64,000 nt of DNA from the human T2T-CHM13v2.0 reference genome, Homo sapiens: the NCBI GenBank assembly GCA_009914755.4, contig CP086569.2:14208001-14272000 (forward strand), in the 5' to 3' direction. The notes under the pieces were generated by a model, which saw only the letters and a program-made list of their open reading frames with translations, searched no databases and had not been told where the DNA came from. The position numbers were made by a program, and so were the translations under genes. This document shows, one piece after another, positions 34,064 to 46,561 of this stretch (position 1 is the first letter of the stretch; every line of letters begins with the position of its first letter).

Positions 34064-34266
34064 CAACCCACAACTTTCAACATAATAAATTTCCTTATGA
34101 CAAATTTAAACATATAAAACAACAAAAAAAATTGTTGTTTTATATGAGTGACTCTATAAATCTTTTGAGCATGTTACATTTCTTAACATATCACATCACA
34201 TTTTATTTGTCTCATCTGGCCAGTAGTTGACCATTTTCATTTTGTGAAGAATTTTCCCACACTAAC

Positions 34267-35039
34267 CTGCATGCTTTCAGAACTTCTGTTGAACTGGGGC
34301 ATATAGACACTGACATTGATGGTAAGATCTGAGAAGTAGATCTGTGGCTAGCTAAAGGCAGGTCTACTTTTGTAGAGCTCTGTGACTTCCCCAGCCCCTC
34401 TCCATTGACTGTGTGTAATCCACTGTGAGGACTGTTAAGGCTGGTAACACTGTTTATGCTTCTCTGCTCAGTGGATTTAGGAGAAGGTGTTGCTGTGGAA
34501 ATGGCTGAAGAGGGTGAAGAGGCAACAGAATGATCAGTCTTTGTATGAACAGCTGGGTGAATATTATTCACTTTGTCACAGGTTCCAGTACCCACATTGC
34601 CATTGGCTTTTCCAATCAACAAAGCAGAGAGCTGAGGATTGTCTGCAATTAATAAATTTGGTGAATCTCCATGGTTAGGACTGGAAACAGCATCTGCTAT
34701 CAACTGATGAACATGATTAGAAAGTCCCTTGACATCAGCACAGCCATTAGATGTGTCTCCAGTATGCCTGCTTGTTTCAGGCACCAAGGATCTATTTTTT
34801 GAAGGCTTGCTCTCTTTGGTAAACATAATGCCTTGTTGTCCACCTGAGGTAGCAGTATGACAGGAGAGGTGACTGTCAGCATCCCCCTGTGGTACTGAAT
34901 TACTAGGCAGAGTGAGATGTTCATTCGCCTTCTTAATACCAGTGCTAGTTGCCTGGTGATACTGGGCTGACCCAGTGGAAAACAGAGGTTGTTCTTCATT
35001 AGGTCCTGACAAACATGAACTCTGACTTTTATGAAGCCC
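34267..35039 (-). CDS. UTY: UTY large Ser/Thr-rich middle exon, 773 nt; encodes [29 protein letters not shown]...[13 protein letters not shown](R)
   Basis: Acceptor ttttttttag|GGGCTT, directly following ...SNSAQ of the previous exon. Donor GTTAGT (plus 34261-34266). The 257-codon open frame is covered by track ORF 34212..35012. Homologous to the large central KDM6A exon. Confidence 0.9.
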
Positions 35040-36678
35040 CTAAAAAAAAAAAATTGAAATTTAATATCATGGGAGCTGAAATGCATATACAGAAAACTCT
35101 TGAGGATTAAAATGTTAAACACAAAGCCACCATAAATAAACTAAATTTTGTGTAACATAATTGAAGCCAAATCTCAAAATCATTTAAAAGTTCCCGTAAT
35201 CAACAGATTAAAGTGGTTAGTATTTTTAGAGAAAATGATCTAACCTGCCAGCTTAATTTCATTTACTAATATGTGAACAATTTTCTTCACATTAGGCTTT
35301 TTAAAGTTTAAATTGTTTAATTCTGACATACATTTTTAGCTGAATAAAAGTGTATCTCAAAATTTAGATGTGGAAAAACATGTATGGTTATTATACTTAA
35401 TACATGAAGTATATTTATTACAGGGAATATCATTCACAATAAGCCACAGACTATGCAAAAAAAGTCTCAATAAAACTAAAAGAACTGAAATCATAGAAAG
35501 TATGTTTTCTGAAAAAGAATTACATCAAATATCAAAAAGATAAAGTCCTATAAATACCCAAATGTGTGAAAACTAAACAGAAATCTAAATTTCCTATGGG
35601 CCAAGTTAAGAAATGACAAAATAAATTAGAGAATTCTTTGAACTTGATAAAAATAAAAGCATACCATATCAAAATTTAGTTTAATGCAATACATAGAAGG
35701 TTTTATAGCTTCAAGCACTTAGGTTATCAAAGAATAAAGGTCTAAGATCAAAAAGATAAAATACCAATTTAAGATGTTGTGAAGAGAGTATCAAACCAAA
35801 AATAAATACAAGGGAATAAATAACACAGGTAAGAAGGAAAAAAAATTACTGAAATAGAAAACACAAAACCAATGGAAAAAATTTGTTAAAAAACATATAC
35901 AACTGGTCTTTGAAAGGATGGACATCACTTAAAAAAATCCTTCAGCTAAATATATCATAACAGTATATATAAACTTGGCAAAGTAGAAAGAAAAGAGATT
36001 ATACCACCAGAGATCCTACAAACAACATTTTAGGAAGAAATTATACTAATCTTAACAAAAATCTTTTCAGGATATACAGCAGGACAGACCTTCACTAAGT
36101 CATTTCAGAAAGCCAGTTATACTCTAACACCAGTGAAAGCCAGTAAAATATATCACTGAAAAAAACATCTCCCTTGAATATAGACAACAGGATCCTTAAG
36201 AACACATTAGCATGTCAAACCCAGCAATATATAATAATTATGCACCAAGACAAACGAGGATTTATCTCAGAAAGCCAGTAGGTTTGCATGTGAAAATCAA
36301 GCAATGTAATACCATGCTATTAGAATAGAGACAAATAACAAAAAGGTGGAGTTACATTTACCTATTTTTAAAACTTACTATAAAATTATAGTGACCAAGG
36401 CTGTGTAGAATTGGTGTAAGAAAAACTATATACAGGAGTAGGACAAAAGAGTCTATAAATACATCCACACATAGATTATGAACTAATTGTTGACACAGTT
36501 GCCAAGATGGGAAGAATAAGACTTTTATACAAATGATGCTGGAATAATCAAATATCCTTACGCAAAATGGATATTCTCACACAATGTACAAAAATTAACT
36601 CAAAATGACTTAATTAAATGTATGAGACAGAGCCATAAAAATTCTATTATAAAATATAATATACCAAATAGATTATAA

Positions 36679-37358
<680 letters not shown>

Positions 37359-37401
37359 AAATGTTAATCCTATCTACAGAGCACCTTCACAGAACATTGA
37401 G

Positions 37402-37916
37402 TGAAGAAGGAATCAACTATAACCTAATAGTAGTAGTAATGGAAACTTTAAAATCCTCTTGAAGTTGCTGCAAAGTGTGACCCCCACCTCACGCTCAAGT
37501 TAAAAGAGAACATTTAAAGCCTGTCTTCTCTTTGTGATCAGTGGACCTTATCTATACTCCCCAACTCCACATTCCTCAAAGTTTATTACAGGCCCAGCAA
37601 GTTCCTGCTTACTTCCCTAGCACGGCTGCAGGGTCTTGTGGCTGCAGGGTCACAAGACCAGTAAGTTTAGGCTGCAAGATATGTTTTTCTCAAGATGTAA
37701 GAAATGTTGTAATGCTTGATTAACAGCGTTAGCTTCTCACTTCTGTAACTTGCTTCCCGCATCACACAGTTCCTGCCTTTAGATGTTTAAAGGTAGGAAA
37801 AACCCTTTGTTTGGGGCTCAGGCTTTTTGGACATATGTCTGGCTGAGCCAGTGATAACCTTAATAGACTGTCTCGAACCTTTTTTGGTCTCTCCAGTCTT
37901 TGATTGTCCTGAAACA
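37402..37916 (+). mobile_element. ERV 5' LTR
   Basis: Homologous to 45746-46561 apart from the Alu insertion in that copy. TG...CA termini. Confidence 0.85.
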
Positions 37917-37920
37917 GTTC

Positions 37921-37939
37921 TGGGGGCTTTGTCTGGGAT
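37921..37939 (+). promoter_or_regulatory. ERV primer-binding site, tRNA-Pro-like (TGGGGGCTTTGTCTGGGAT)
   Basis: It lies 4 nt after the LTR end. Compare the MLV Pro PBS TGGGGGCTCGTCCGGGAT: the match shows a few substitutions and one extra T. Confidence 0.65.
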
Positions 37940-38611
37940 TGGAGATGGCAGATTTTCTATCTCCTTTGCCAGTGGGCTAGAGCCCTGGGGTCCTTAGCAC
38001 CACCAGGAGAGTTTCAGCCCAGAAGGAGAATGGCCCTCCCATATTCCAGAGACTTCCCCTGACAGCACAAATGGAACAGGTAGAAAGTGTTGCAGGACAG
38101 TCACGGAAGCAGTGCACAGACATCTAAACCGTGCTAAGGATTGGGCCATAAGGCAAGACCTGTCCCATAAGGATGGAAAGGCAGCCGGATTACCTCCCAG
38201 GGCGTGATGACTAGTCTGACCCAAGGGGGCTGGGAACATCAGGAGAGGCTCCACTGACCCAGATGAAACTCACGCCCTAACTGATACCAGATGTGGGTGG
38301 AGCTCACAAGTTGGTCAGAAAGGAAAACTGTTTCAGGAATGCGGGAGGTGTGTGAAAGTGTGTGAAAGAGACGGTCTCGGGAGAGACCAACACAGGGCGT
38401 GATGTGGTGAAGCACAGATCTGTTAGCAGGGACTGTGTGCTCTGAGGCAAGTGTGAGAAAAACCAGACCTAGGACACTGCATATGGCCCATAGGACCAGT
38501 TCCACGGCTGCAGTGAGCTGTGACAGGAATTAAGGTACGCTCCTGGCTAAGCAGTGTCCAAACCTCCCATAATAGGATCTGGACTGGTGGATGCAAAAGT
38601 GAAAGCGTGCT

Positions 38612-40145
38612 GTGAGTGGGGAAGTGGGAGGAAAAATGTCAAAGCCTACTCCACTGGAGTGCATGCTGAAAAACTTTAAAAAAGGTTTTAATGGTGATTA
38701 TAGGGTTAAACTAACTCCACAGAAACAGAGAACCCTTTGTGAGATAGATTGGCCGTCTTTTAATGTAGGGTGGCCAGCCAAAGGGACAACAGACAGGGAA
38801 ATAATTGGCTGAGTGTTCTGGGTAGTCATGGGGCTGGAGAACAGCCTGGGTACCCGGATCAGTTTTCGTATATCAACTCCTGGCTAAGTGTAATTCAAAG
38901 TCACACTAAGTGGCTGCAGGCCTGCTTTGGGACCTATTGTAAGACTCTAATGGCCCGGACAAAACCAGGAACCACAGGAAGAGACCGCAAGGCATCAGAA
39001 AAAGAAAAGGAGTCACAGGAAAAGCAGAAAAAACCTGTCCTACAGGCCCCAAATGAAAAGTTAGAAAGTCCACCCCCCCATGCACCAATTTATCCATCCC
39101 TGGCAAAGAGGGCTTAGACAGGAAGGATGCTGCCCTGGCCGCCTCCGGAGATTCAGACTCAGAAGAAAGCACTCCTCAGACAACACCACACAGAGAGGAA
39201 CCACAGTCCTTGCCTGAAAAGCCAAGGGAGAAACTCCAGGGGGATGAGGTAGGCCACCTTAGGTCAGGTCATGCCCAAGCAATGCAGACACCCCTTCAAG
39301 AAACACGGGGACAAATTTATTTAACTGCACAGAATGAAGTCCAAGGGGGCGAACAGCTCTTCGTTTATCAGCCCTTCTCTACTACTGATCTCTTAAATTG
39401 GAGACAACCTACTCCTTCCTATACAAAGAAGCCTCAGGCTCTTATAGATCTAATGCAGTCTATTTTCCTAACTTACAATCCTACCTGGGATGATTGCAAA
39501 CTTCTTCTGTCATTATTTAATACAGAAGAGCGCCGTAGTTATACAAGCCGCTCTCCAGTGGCTGGAGAACAATGCGACCGCAGGCACAGGAGATATCAGG
39601 CTGTATGCATAAGCACTCCCGATAGAGGCTGACCCAGACTGAGACCCTAACCAGGCTCAAGGGCTACAAAGTTTGCAACGGTATTGAAAGACACTCCTAA
39701 ATGGAATAAAGGCTGAAGGGGAAAAGGCCACCAATATCAAAAAGGTCTCAGAGGTCCTCCAGAGCCAGATGAAAGTCCCAGTGAATTTTATGAGAGGCTC
39801 TGCAAGGCTCAGCAACTTTACACGCCATTTGACCCAGAGGCTTCAGGTAATCAGTGTATGGTTAATGCAGCATTTTTAAGTCAGGCACGAGGAGACGTAA
39901 AGCAAAAGCTTCAGAAGTTAGGTTTTGAAGGCATGAATATTATCCAGCTTATCCAAGTGGCTACTAAGGTGTTTCTAAATCAGGATGAGGAGGCCAAGAG
40001 AAAAGCTAGATGCAGAGCTAAGGAAAAGGTAGACTTGATGGCGGTGGTCTTAGTTGGAGGAGAAACTAATTTTGTGAGAGGACATGGCTGTGGTGGAGGA
40101 CAAGCAAGGCAAAACCAGGAAGCTAAGCCAGGACAAGAGGGCTGA
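38612..40145 (+). pseudogene. ERV gag remnants (MA/CA-like), split over several frames
   Basis: Track ORFs 38612..38812, 38770..39117, 39210..39632 and 39858..40145. The motif WPSFNVGWP corresponds to MLV gag WPTFNVGWP. The frame is interrupted by stops. Confidence 0.7.
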
Positions 40146-40393
40146 CCTACGCTTGAGAGAGATCAATGTGCGAGAGGCAAGCAGATGGTACACTGGAGAA
40201 TGAATACCCAGAAAGAGAAAAGTATAAAGGCAACAATCAGGGACAAAATGGCTGGCCAGAACCCCCTGCTGACGGTCAAGGGGTTCACAAGTCAGACACG
40301 GATTTAATTAGACTGGCAGGAATCAATGATTATTATGAGAACTGAGACAGACCACGCTCCATTTCATTAGGCCCTGAGGAACCTACGGTCTCA

Positions 40394-40771
40394 ATGGAGG
40401 TAGGGGGCAGGAAAATGCACTTTGTAGTCGATACTGGTGTGGAGCATTCGGTAGGAACTCAAGCAGTTGGACCACTGTCTAAAAATTATGTCAATATAAA
40501 TGGGGCTGCAGGAGTAACAGAAAAGAGGCCTTACTTCAAATCTAAAAGATGTGTGACTGGAGGACAGGAAGTCCAAAATGAATTTTTATATTTGCCAAAT
40601 AGTCTGGTGCCCTTGTTAGGAAGAGACTTGCTCCAGAAATTGCAAGCACAAATCTCCTTTACCCGAGAAGGGGACATGACTTTAAACCTAGGTCAAAGAA
40701 AAGCCATGATAATGACCCTTACCATCCCCACAACAGAGGAATGGAGACTACGAGAGATGCAAAATTTGTAA
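40394..40771 (+). pseudogene. ERV protease remnant (retropepsin; FVVDTGVEHSV motif)
   Basis: Track ORF 40394..40771 contains the Asp-Thr-Gly active-site motif. Confidence 0.7.
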
Positions 40772-40899
40772 AGATGCATTTTGCAAGTGGGAAAATGAGG
40801 CAATGTATAAGGAATTATTTATCAGGCTGCCAGGGGTGTGGGCAGAAGACAATCCCCAGAGCTAGCCATAAATCAGGACCCCACAGTGGTGGAACTGCT

Positions 40900-43800
40900 G
40901 CGGGACACCAGTGCGAATCGGTCAGCATCCCATCCTAGCAAAGCCACCCATGGGATTACAAAGGATACAGTTCAGCTCCTTAAATCTGGATAATAGAAAG
41001 ATGTGCCTCTTCTTGAAACACTCCATTACTACTGGTGTTAAAGCCCTCTGGAGATTACCAGACGGTACGGGATTTGCAGGCCATATATAAACTTGCAGCT
41101 ACATCACATGCCATTGTGCCCAACCCATACACACTGCTTGGGCGAATTCCTGCTGACACTGCTTGGTTTATGTGCTCAGATATAAAGGATGAATTCTTCT
41201 GCATCTGACTAGCTCCTGAAAGCCAGGGCATCTTTGCCTTTGAGTGGGGCTCATCACAGTATACTTGGACCAAACTCCCCCAAGGATTTAAAAACTCCCC
41301 AACCATTTTTGAGGACACACTTGTCTCAGACCTGAAGGCTTTCATGCCACGAAGTGGCCGCTGTGTCCTGTTGCAGTACATAGATGATTTATGCACCTAC
41401 AAAAGAGTGCTTTCAAGGTACAGAAAAGCCTCCTTGATGTTCTGTGGGAGGCTGGCTATAAGGTCTCTAAGGAAAAGGCACAAATCTGTGGCCAAAGAGC
41501 AAGGTATCTTGGCTTTAACCTCTCTCAAGGGCAGCTTGAGTGTGGACGTGGGCGAAAAGAGACTGTTTGTAGCATTCCTTGACCTGACGCTAGACAAGTG
41601 TGGAAGTTTAAACGGGCAGCTGGTTTCTGTCGCATTTGGATTCCATGTTACTTGCTCTTAGCAAAACCACTGTATGAGGCTACCAAAGTGGCGGAAAACA
41701 ACCCCTCCTGTGGGGAAAAGAGCAGGACATGGCCTTCAAGGAAATCAAGAAGGCTTTGATCCACGCCCTGGCATTAGGACTGCCAGACATGACAAAGCCT
41801 TTTTACGTGTATATCTATGAAAGAAAAGGAATATCTATAAGAGTCTTGGTACAAACACTAGGGTCATGGTATTGGCCCGTGGCATGTTTGTCCCAGCGAC
41901 TAGACTTGGTGGCTATGGGATGGCCTCCCTGTTTCAAGGCAGTGGCAGCCACTGCCCTGTTAGCAGAAGATGCTAACAAGCTCACATTTGGACAGAGGTT
42001 GATAATTCAGGTGCCCCATACGATCGTCACCCTGATGGGGCAGAGGGGGCATGGCTGGCTTTCTAACCCTAGGATGTTAAGATATCAAGAACTTTTGTGT
42101 GGAAACCCCTACATAATCCTGGTGACTCTGAATACTCTAGATCCACGCACACTGCTGCCAAAAGAGTGGGCAGAGCACAGAAAGCCCCCGTTGTGTTGCC
42201 CAGGTTATCACTGTTGTGTGGAAATGGTAGATGAGGTTTTCTCAAGCCAAAAAGACTTAAAGGACCAGCACTTAAAAAATCCAGATGTGGAATACTTTAC
42301 TGATATGATACTTCAGATATGAAGCAGCTTCAGATATGAAGCAGATATGATACTTCAGATATGAAGTAGCTTCATATCTGAAGGTGTCAGAAGGGCTAGA
42401 TATACGGTGAGGCATTGAATCTAGTGGCTGAAGCCTGCCCTCTGCTGGTCGGAACTTCAGCCCAAAGAGTTGAGCTAACAGCCCTCACTAGAGCATCGCT
42501 CGTGGCCAAAGGAAAGTCAGTAAACATCTATACTGACCCAAGGTGTGCTTTTGCCATTTTGCATTCCCATGGAGCCATATGTAAGGAAAGAGGATTATTA
42601 ACTACTGAAGGAAAGGAAGTCAAAAATAAAAGGGAAATAGAGTTGCTCTTAGAAGCTGCTCTGAAAGAGCTCCAAAAGAAGTAGCAGTCATCCATTGCAA
42701 AGGGCATCAAATGGCAGGAGGTGATGAGGCTAGAGGAAACAGGAAGGCAGACAGAGAAGCCAAAAGAGTTGCAATGATGGAGGTAACTAAGAAGGAAGGG
42801 CAAACCCTTACCATGCCCTTACTAGAGCTTCCCCTTACAGAACCCGCTAACTACTCCTCTAATGAAAAGACCTGGTTTGAGCAGGAGAGTGGAAGTTAAC
42901 AGAAAGGTTGGTGAAAGTTCTCAGATGGGAGGCTTGTCATCCCAGAAGCAATAGCCACCCAGTTCATAAAGCAGTTTCATCAAGGAACACATATGGGAAA
43001 AACCGCATTAGAGACTCTTGTTGGATGGCATTTCTATGTTCTGCGCCTAACTGCCATCACTTGAGCCATTTGTGAGCAATGTTGAACTTGTACCCAAAAT
43101 AATCCATGGCAGGGGCCAACATGGCCCCCAGGGATTCAAGAAACTGGACTACACCCTGTGAAAACCTGCCTGTGGACTTTATCGAGCTGCCTCAAGTTGG
43201 AGGCTGCCGGTACATGCTAGTGTTTGTCTGCACTTTCTCAAGGTGGGTCAAGGCATTTCCCACCAGGACAGAGAAAGCTCGGGAAGTAACCAGGATCTTA
43301 CTAAAGGGGATTATTCCTAGATTTGGACTGCCTCTAACTTTAGAATCAGACAATGGCCCAGCATTTGTAGCAGATAGTACAACAACTAACAGATGTTAAA
43401 AATCAAATGGAATCTGCATACAACTTATTGCCCACCGAGTTCTGTAAAAGTTGAAAGAATGAAGGAGACACTCAAACAGCTGTTAAAGGTTTTGCCAGGA
43501 AACTTATCTAAGGTGAAATCAGGAGCTGCCCATGGTCCTTCTGTGAGTCAGAGGCACCCTACTAAATTAACTGGGTATTCACCCTATGAGATGGTGTTTG
43601 GCTCACCACCCACAATCATAACTCAGATAAAAGGGGATTTAAAAGAAATTGGGGAATTAACCTTAAGAAGGCAAATGCAAGCCTTAGGTGAGGCCATGCA
43701 GGAAATACAAAGGTGGGTAAGAGAAAGAATACCTGTTAGTCTCATAGATGCAGTACATCCCTTCCAACCTGGAAACTCTGTCTGGGTCAAACAATGGAAC

Positions 43801-43974
43801 CCAACCACGTTAGGGCCTTTATGGGATGGTCCCCATATTGTGATCTTGTCTACCCCCACTGCTGTTGTTGCAGGTATCACACCTTGGGTTCATCACAGCC
43901 AGCTGAAACCAGCAGCGACCACAACTCAGGACCCGCGGCCAGTCAACAAAACCCAGACTACCCAAAACAGTTGA
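40900..43974 (+). pseudogene. ERV pol remnants: RT (QYIDDL), RT connection/RNaseH (strong MLV similarity), integrase core (…LESDNGPAF…)
   Basis: Track ORFs 41344..41661, 41729..42322, 42415..42684, 43106..43399 and 43393..43974. The 41729..42322 product aligns by eye to MLV RT: ...ALGLPDLTKPF..., ...LDPVAAGWPPC..., ...WLSNARM.... The 42415 product aligns to MLV RNaseH: ...GTSAQRAEL..., ...YTDSRYAFA.... Multiple frameshifts. Confidence 0.8.
42300..42385 (+). repeat. Short tandem duplication (~31-bp unit gatatgatacttcagatatgaagNagcttca ×2 plus a partial) at the ERV RNaseH/integrase junction
   Basis: Direct reading of 42302-42374, followed by a partial inverted copy tatctgaag. Confidence 0.8.
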
Positions 43975-44213
43975 TCCTGCGGCAAAACTATGCCACTGCT
44001 GACAAGGATAACTGCCCTGCTCTGACCATACCGGAGGCTGGTCAGTCCAAGCACAGCTGAACCTTAGGGAAACACTGAGCCCTGCTCTAGTCAGACAACT
44101 GGAAGCTGACTAGTCTATGCATGGCTGAAGCCTGAGGAAGTCAATAATAGATAAGTAAATGTGGACTGAATTTACAAGCATAATTAAATTCTTGTACTGA
44201 TTATTTTACTGTC

Positions 44214-45664
44214 ATGTTATCTTTGCAAATGCTGCCAAGCTTTTTGCCCAGAAGGGTGCCCATGCACAGTATAAGTTTAATCATATTGGTAATACTGAAG
44301 TCACTGACACTTTCACCTATGGTTATAAAAGGGGACCAAGATGACTGTCATCACTGTATGATAGAAGCCTGGTCCAGAAAAGGTATGACTAAAACTATGT
44401 TATACCAGACCTACTATGAGTGGACAGGGACTCATACAGGAACTTGTGTCTATAACCAGACTAGTTGGTCTGTGATCGTGGAAACAGGCAGCCCCAAGTA
44501 TGTAATGACCCAGAGTTCGTGCCCTATGACTTTTGGTTTGAAGTCCAAACTGGCAAACCCCTAATGCCATCATATATAAACCCCACAGAAATCAGGGTCA
44601 GTAAACCTGTAAACAAAAAAGAAGTATTCCCTCACTCGCATAAAGGCCCTGTCTCCATACATTTTGATGCCTGCCAAGCTTCACATCTCAGTAAACTAAA
44701 TACTATTGGGACCATCCGTAAAAATCTAGGACAAGAAAGAGTCAGCAGCAGAGCTACCAAGGCTGTAACAGGAAAATCCAAAAAGGAGTGCCCTGATTGT
44801 GATAATCAGTGGACCACACATGAATTTATCAGCACCTATACACAGGAAGGGTTGCTCTATTTGCCAGCCAAGAGGTGAAGATAGGGTGCACAACTGGAAC
44901 TTGCAACCCACTCAATCTGACAATACTAAAGCCAAATATGCCTTTCTGGACTAAAGGGCCTAAAGGGCTACTAATCTTTGATCAGGAAAGAGCACTCCTA
45001 GGACTTCGTATTCCTCTGGTCATTACCAGGAAAACCCAAAGGACCCAAGTTCAAGTTAGCCCAATGCAACACTTTAGGTTTTATACATCTTTCAATGAAC
45101 ACTTTAATCCTGAAGTATCAAAAAATCAAATTCCTCCTATATCAGCTGAAAACCTGTTTGCCCAGCTAGCCGAAAGTACTGCTAACAATTTAAGAGTTAC
45201 TGTATGTTATATATGTGGAGGTACCAATATGGGAGCCTAAGAATTGATGCCACAAGAAAATTTTACCTTACCTGAATTTGTTACAAATTCAATGCAAATC
45301 CAAGTGTTTGGCTGTTAAGGAACCCCATCACTGGAAAATACTGCATCACCCATTGGGACAAGGCCTTTCAGAACCAGGGAGGGGCAACGACTTGCCTAGG
45401 TCAACAATATCTTGCAAAATCCGAAAACAGAACACAATGGGAAGCTTTATAGACAATTCCTCTGTGTCAGACTTTAATCCCTTTTGCAGTTCCCAACACT
45501 ATATCAATCATGTTACCACCGTAATAAGTGGATGCCTACTTATTCCTTGTCTCCTGCCACTTCTCATCAGAAGCATCCAATCCACCACAGAAGCCAACGG
45601 TACACAGACATACCATCACCTGAATAATGGCTCTGCAAAAGTACCAACCGGTATCCCAAGATAA
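44214..45664 (+). pseudogene. ERV env remnants, split over three frames
   Basis: Track ORFs 44214..44564, 44465..44878, 44875..45240 and 45278..45664, lying between integrase and the PPT/3' LTR. No intact reading frame. Confidence 0.55.
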
Positions 45665-45733
45665 GTATGTACCCACTCAAGAAGAAATAGCTAATTGTGG
45701 TGCACTTTACTAATCTACATTTGTGTGGGACAC

Positions 45734-45745
45734 CAAAGGGGGGAA
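45734..45745 (+). promoter_or_regulatory. ERV polypurine tract (aaaggggggaaa)
   Basis: Purine run directly abutting the 3' LTR start. Confidence 0.6.

Positions 45746-46561
<816 letters not shown>

Noticed and set aside
34212-35012. 266-aa minus-strand ORF starting with Met, the largest in the track; could be taken as a stand-alone gene
   Set aside because: It is an internal exon of UTY. Valid AG acceptor and GT donor flank a longer open frame (34267-35039), and the sequence continues the UTY protein from the exon at 53707-54102 into the exon at 24925-25054. The Met is just an internal residue.
34700-35122. 140-aa minus ORF overlapping the large exon in another frame
   Set aside because: It is an overlapping alternative frame of a Ser/Thr-rich exon, with no splice or homology support.
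44214-45664. Possibility that the ERV env is intact (a syncytin-like captured gene)
   Set aside because: The env region is split across at least three frames with internal stops, and no long continuous SU-TM ORF exists.
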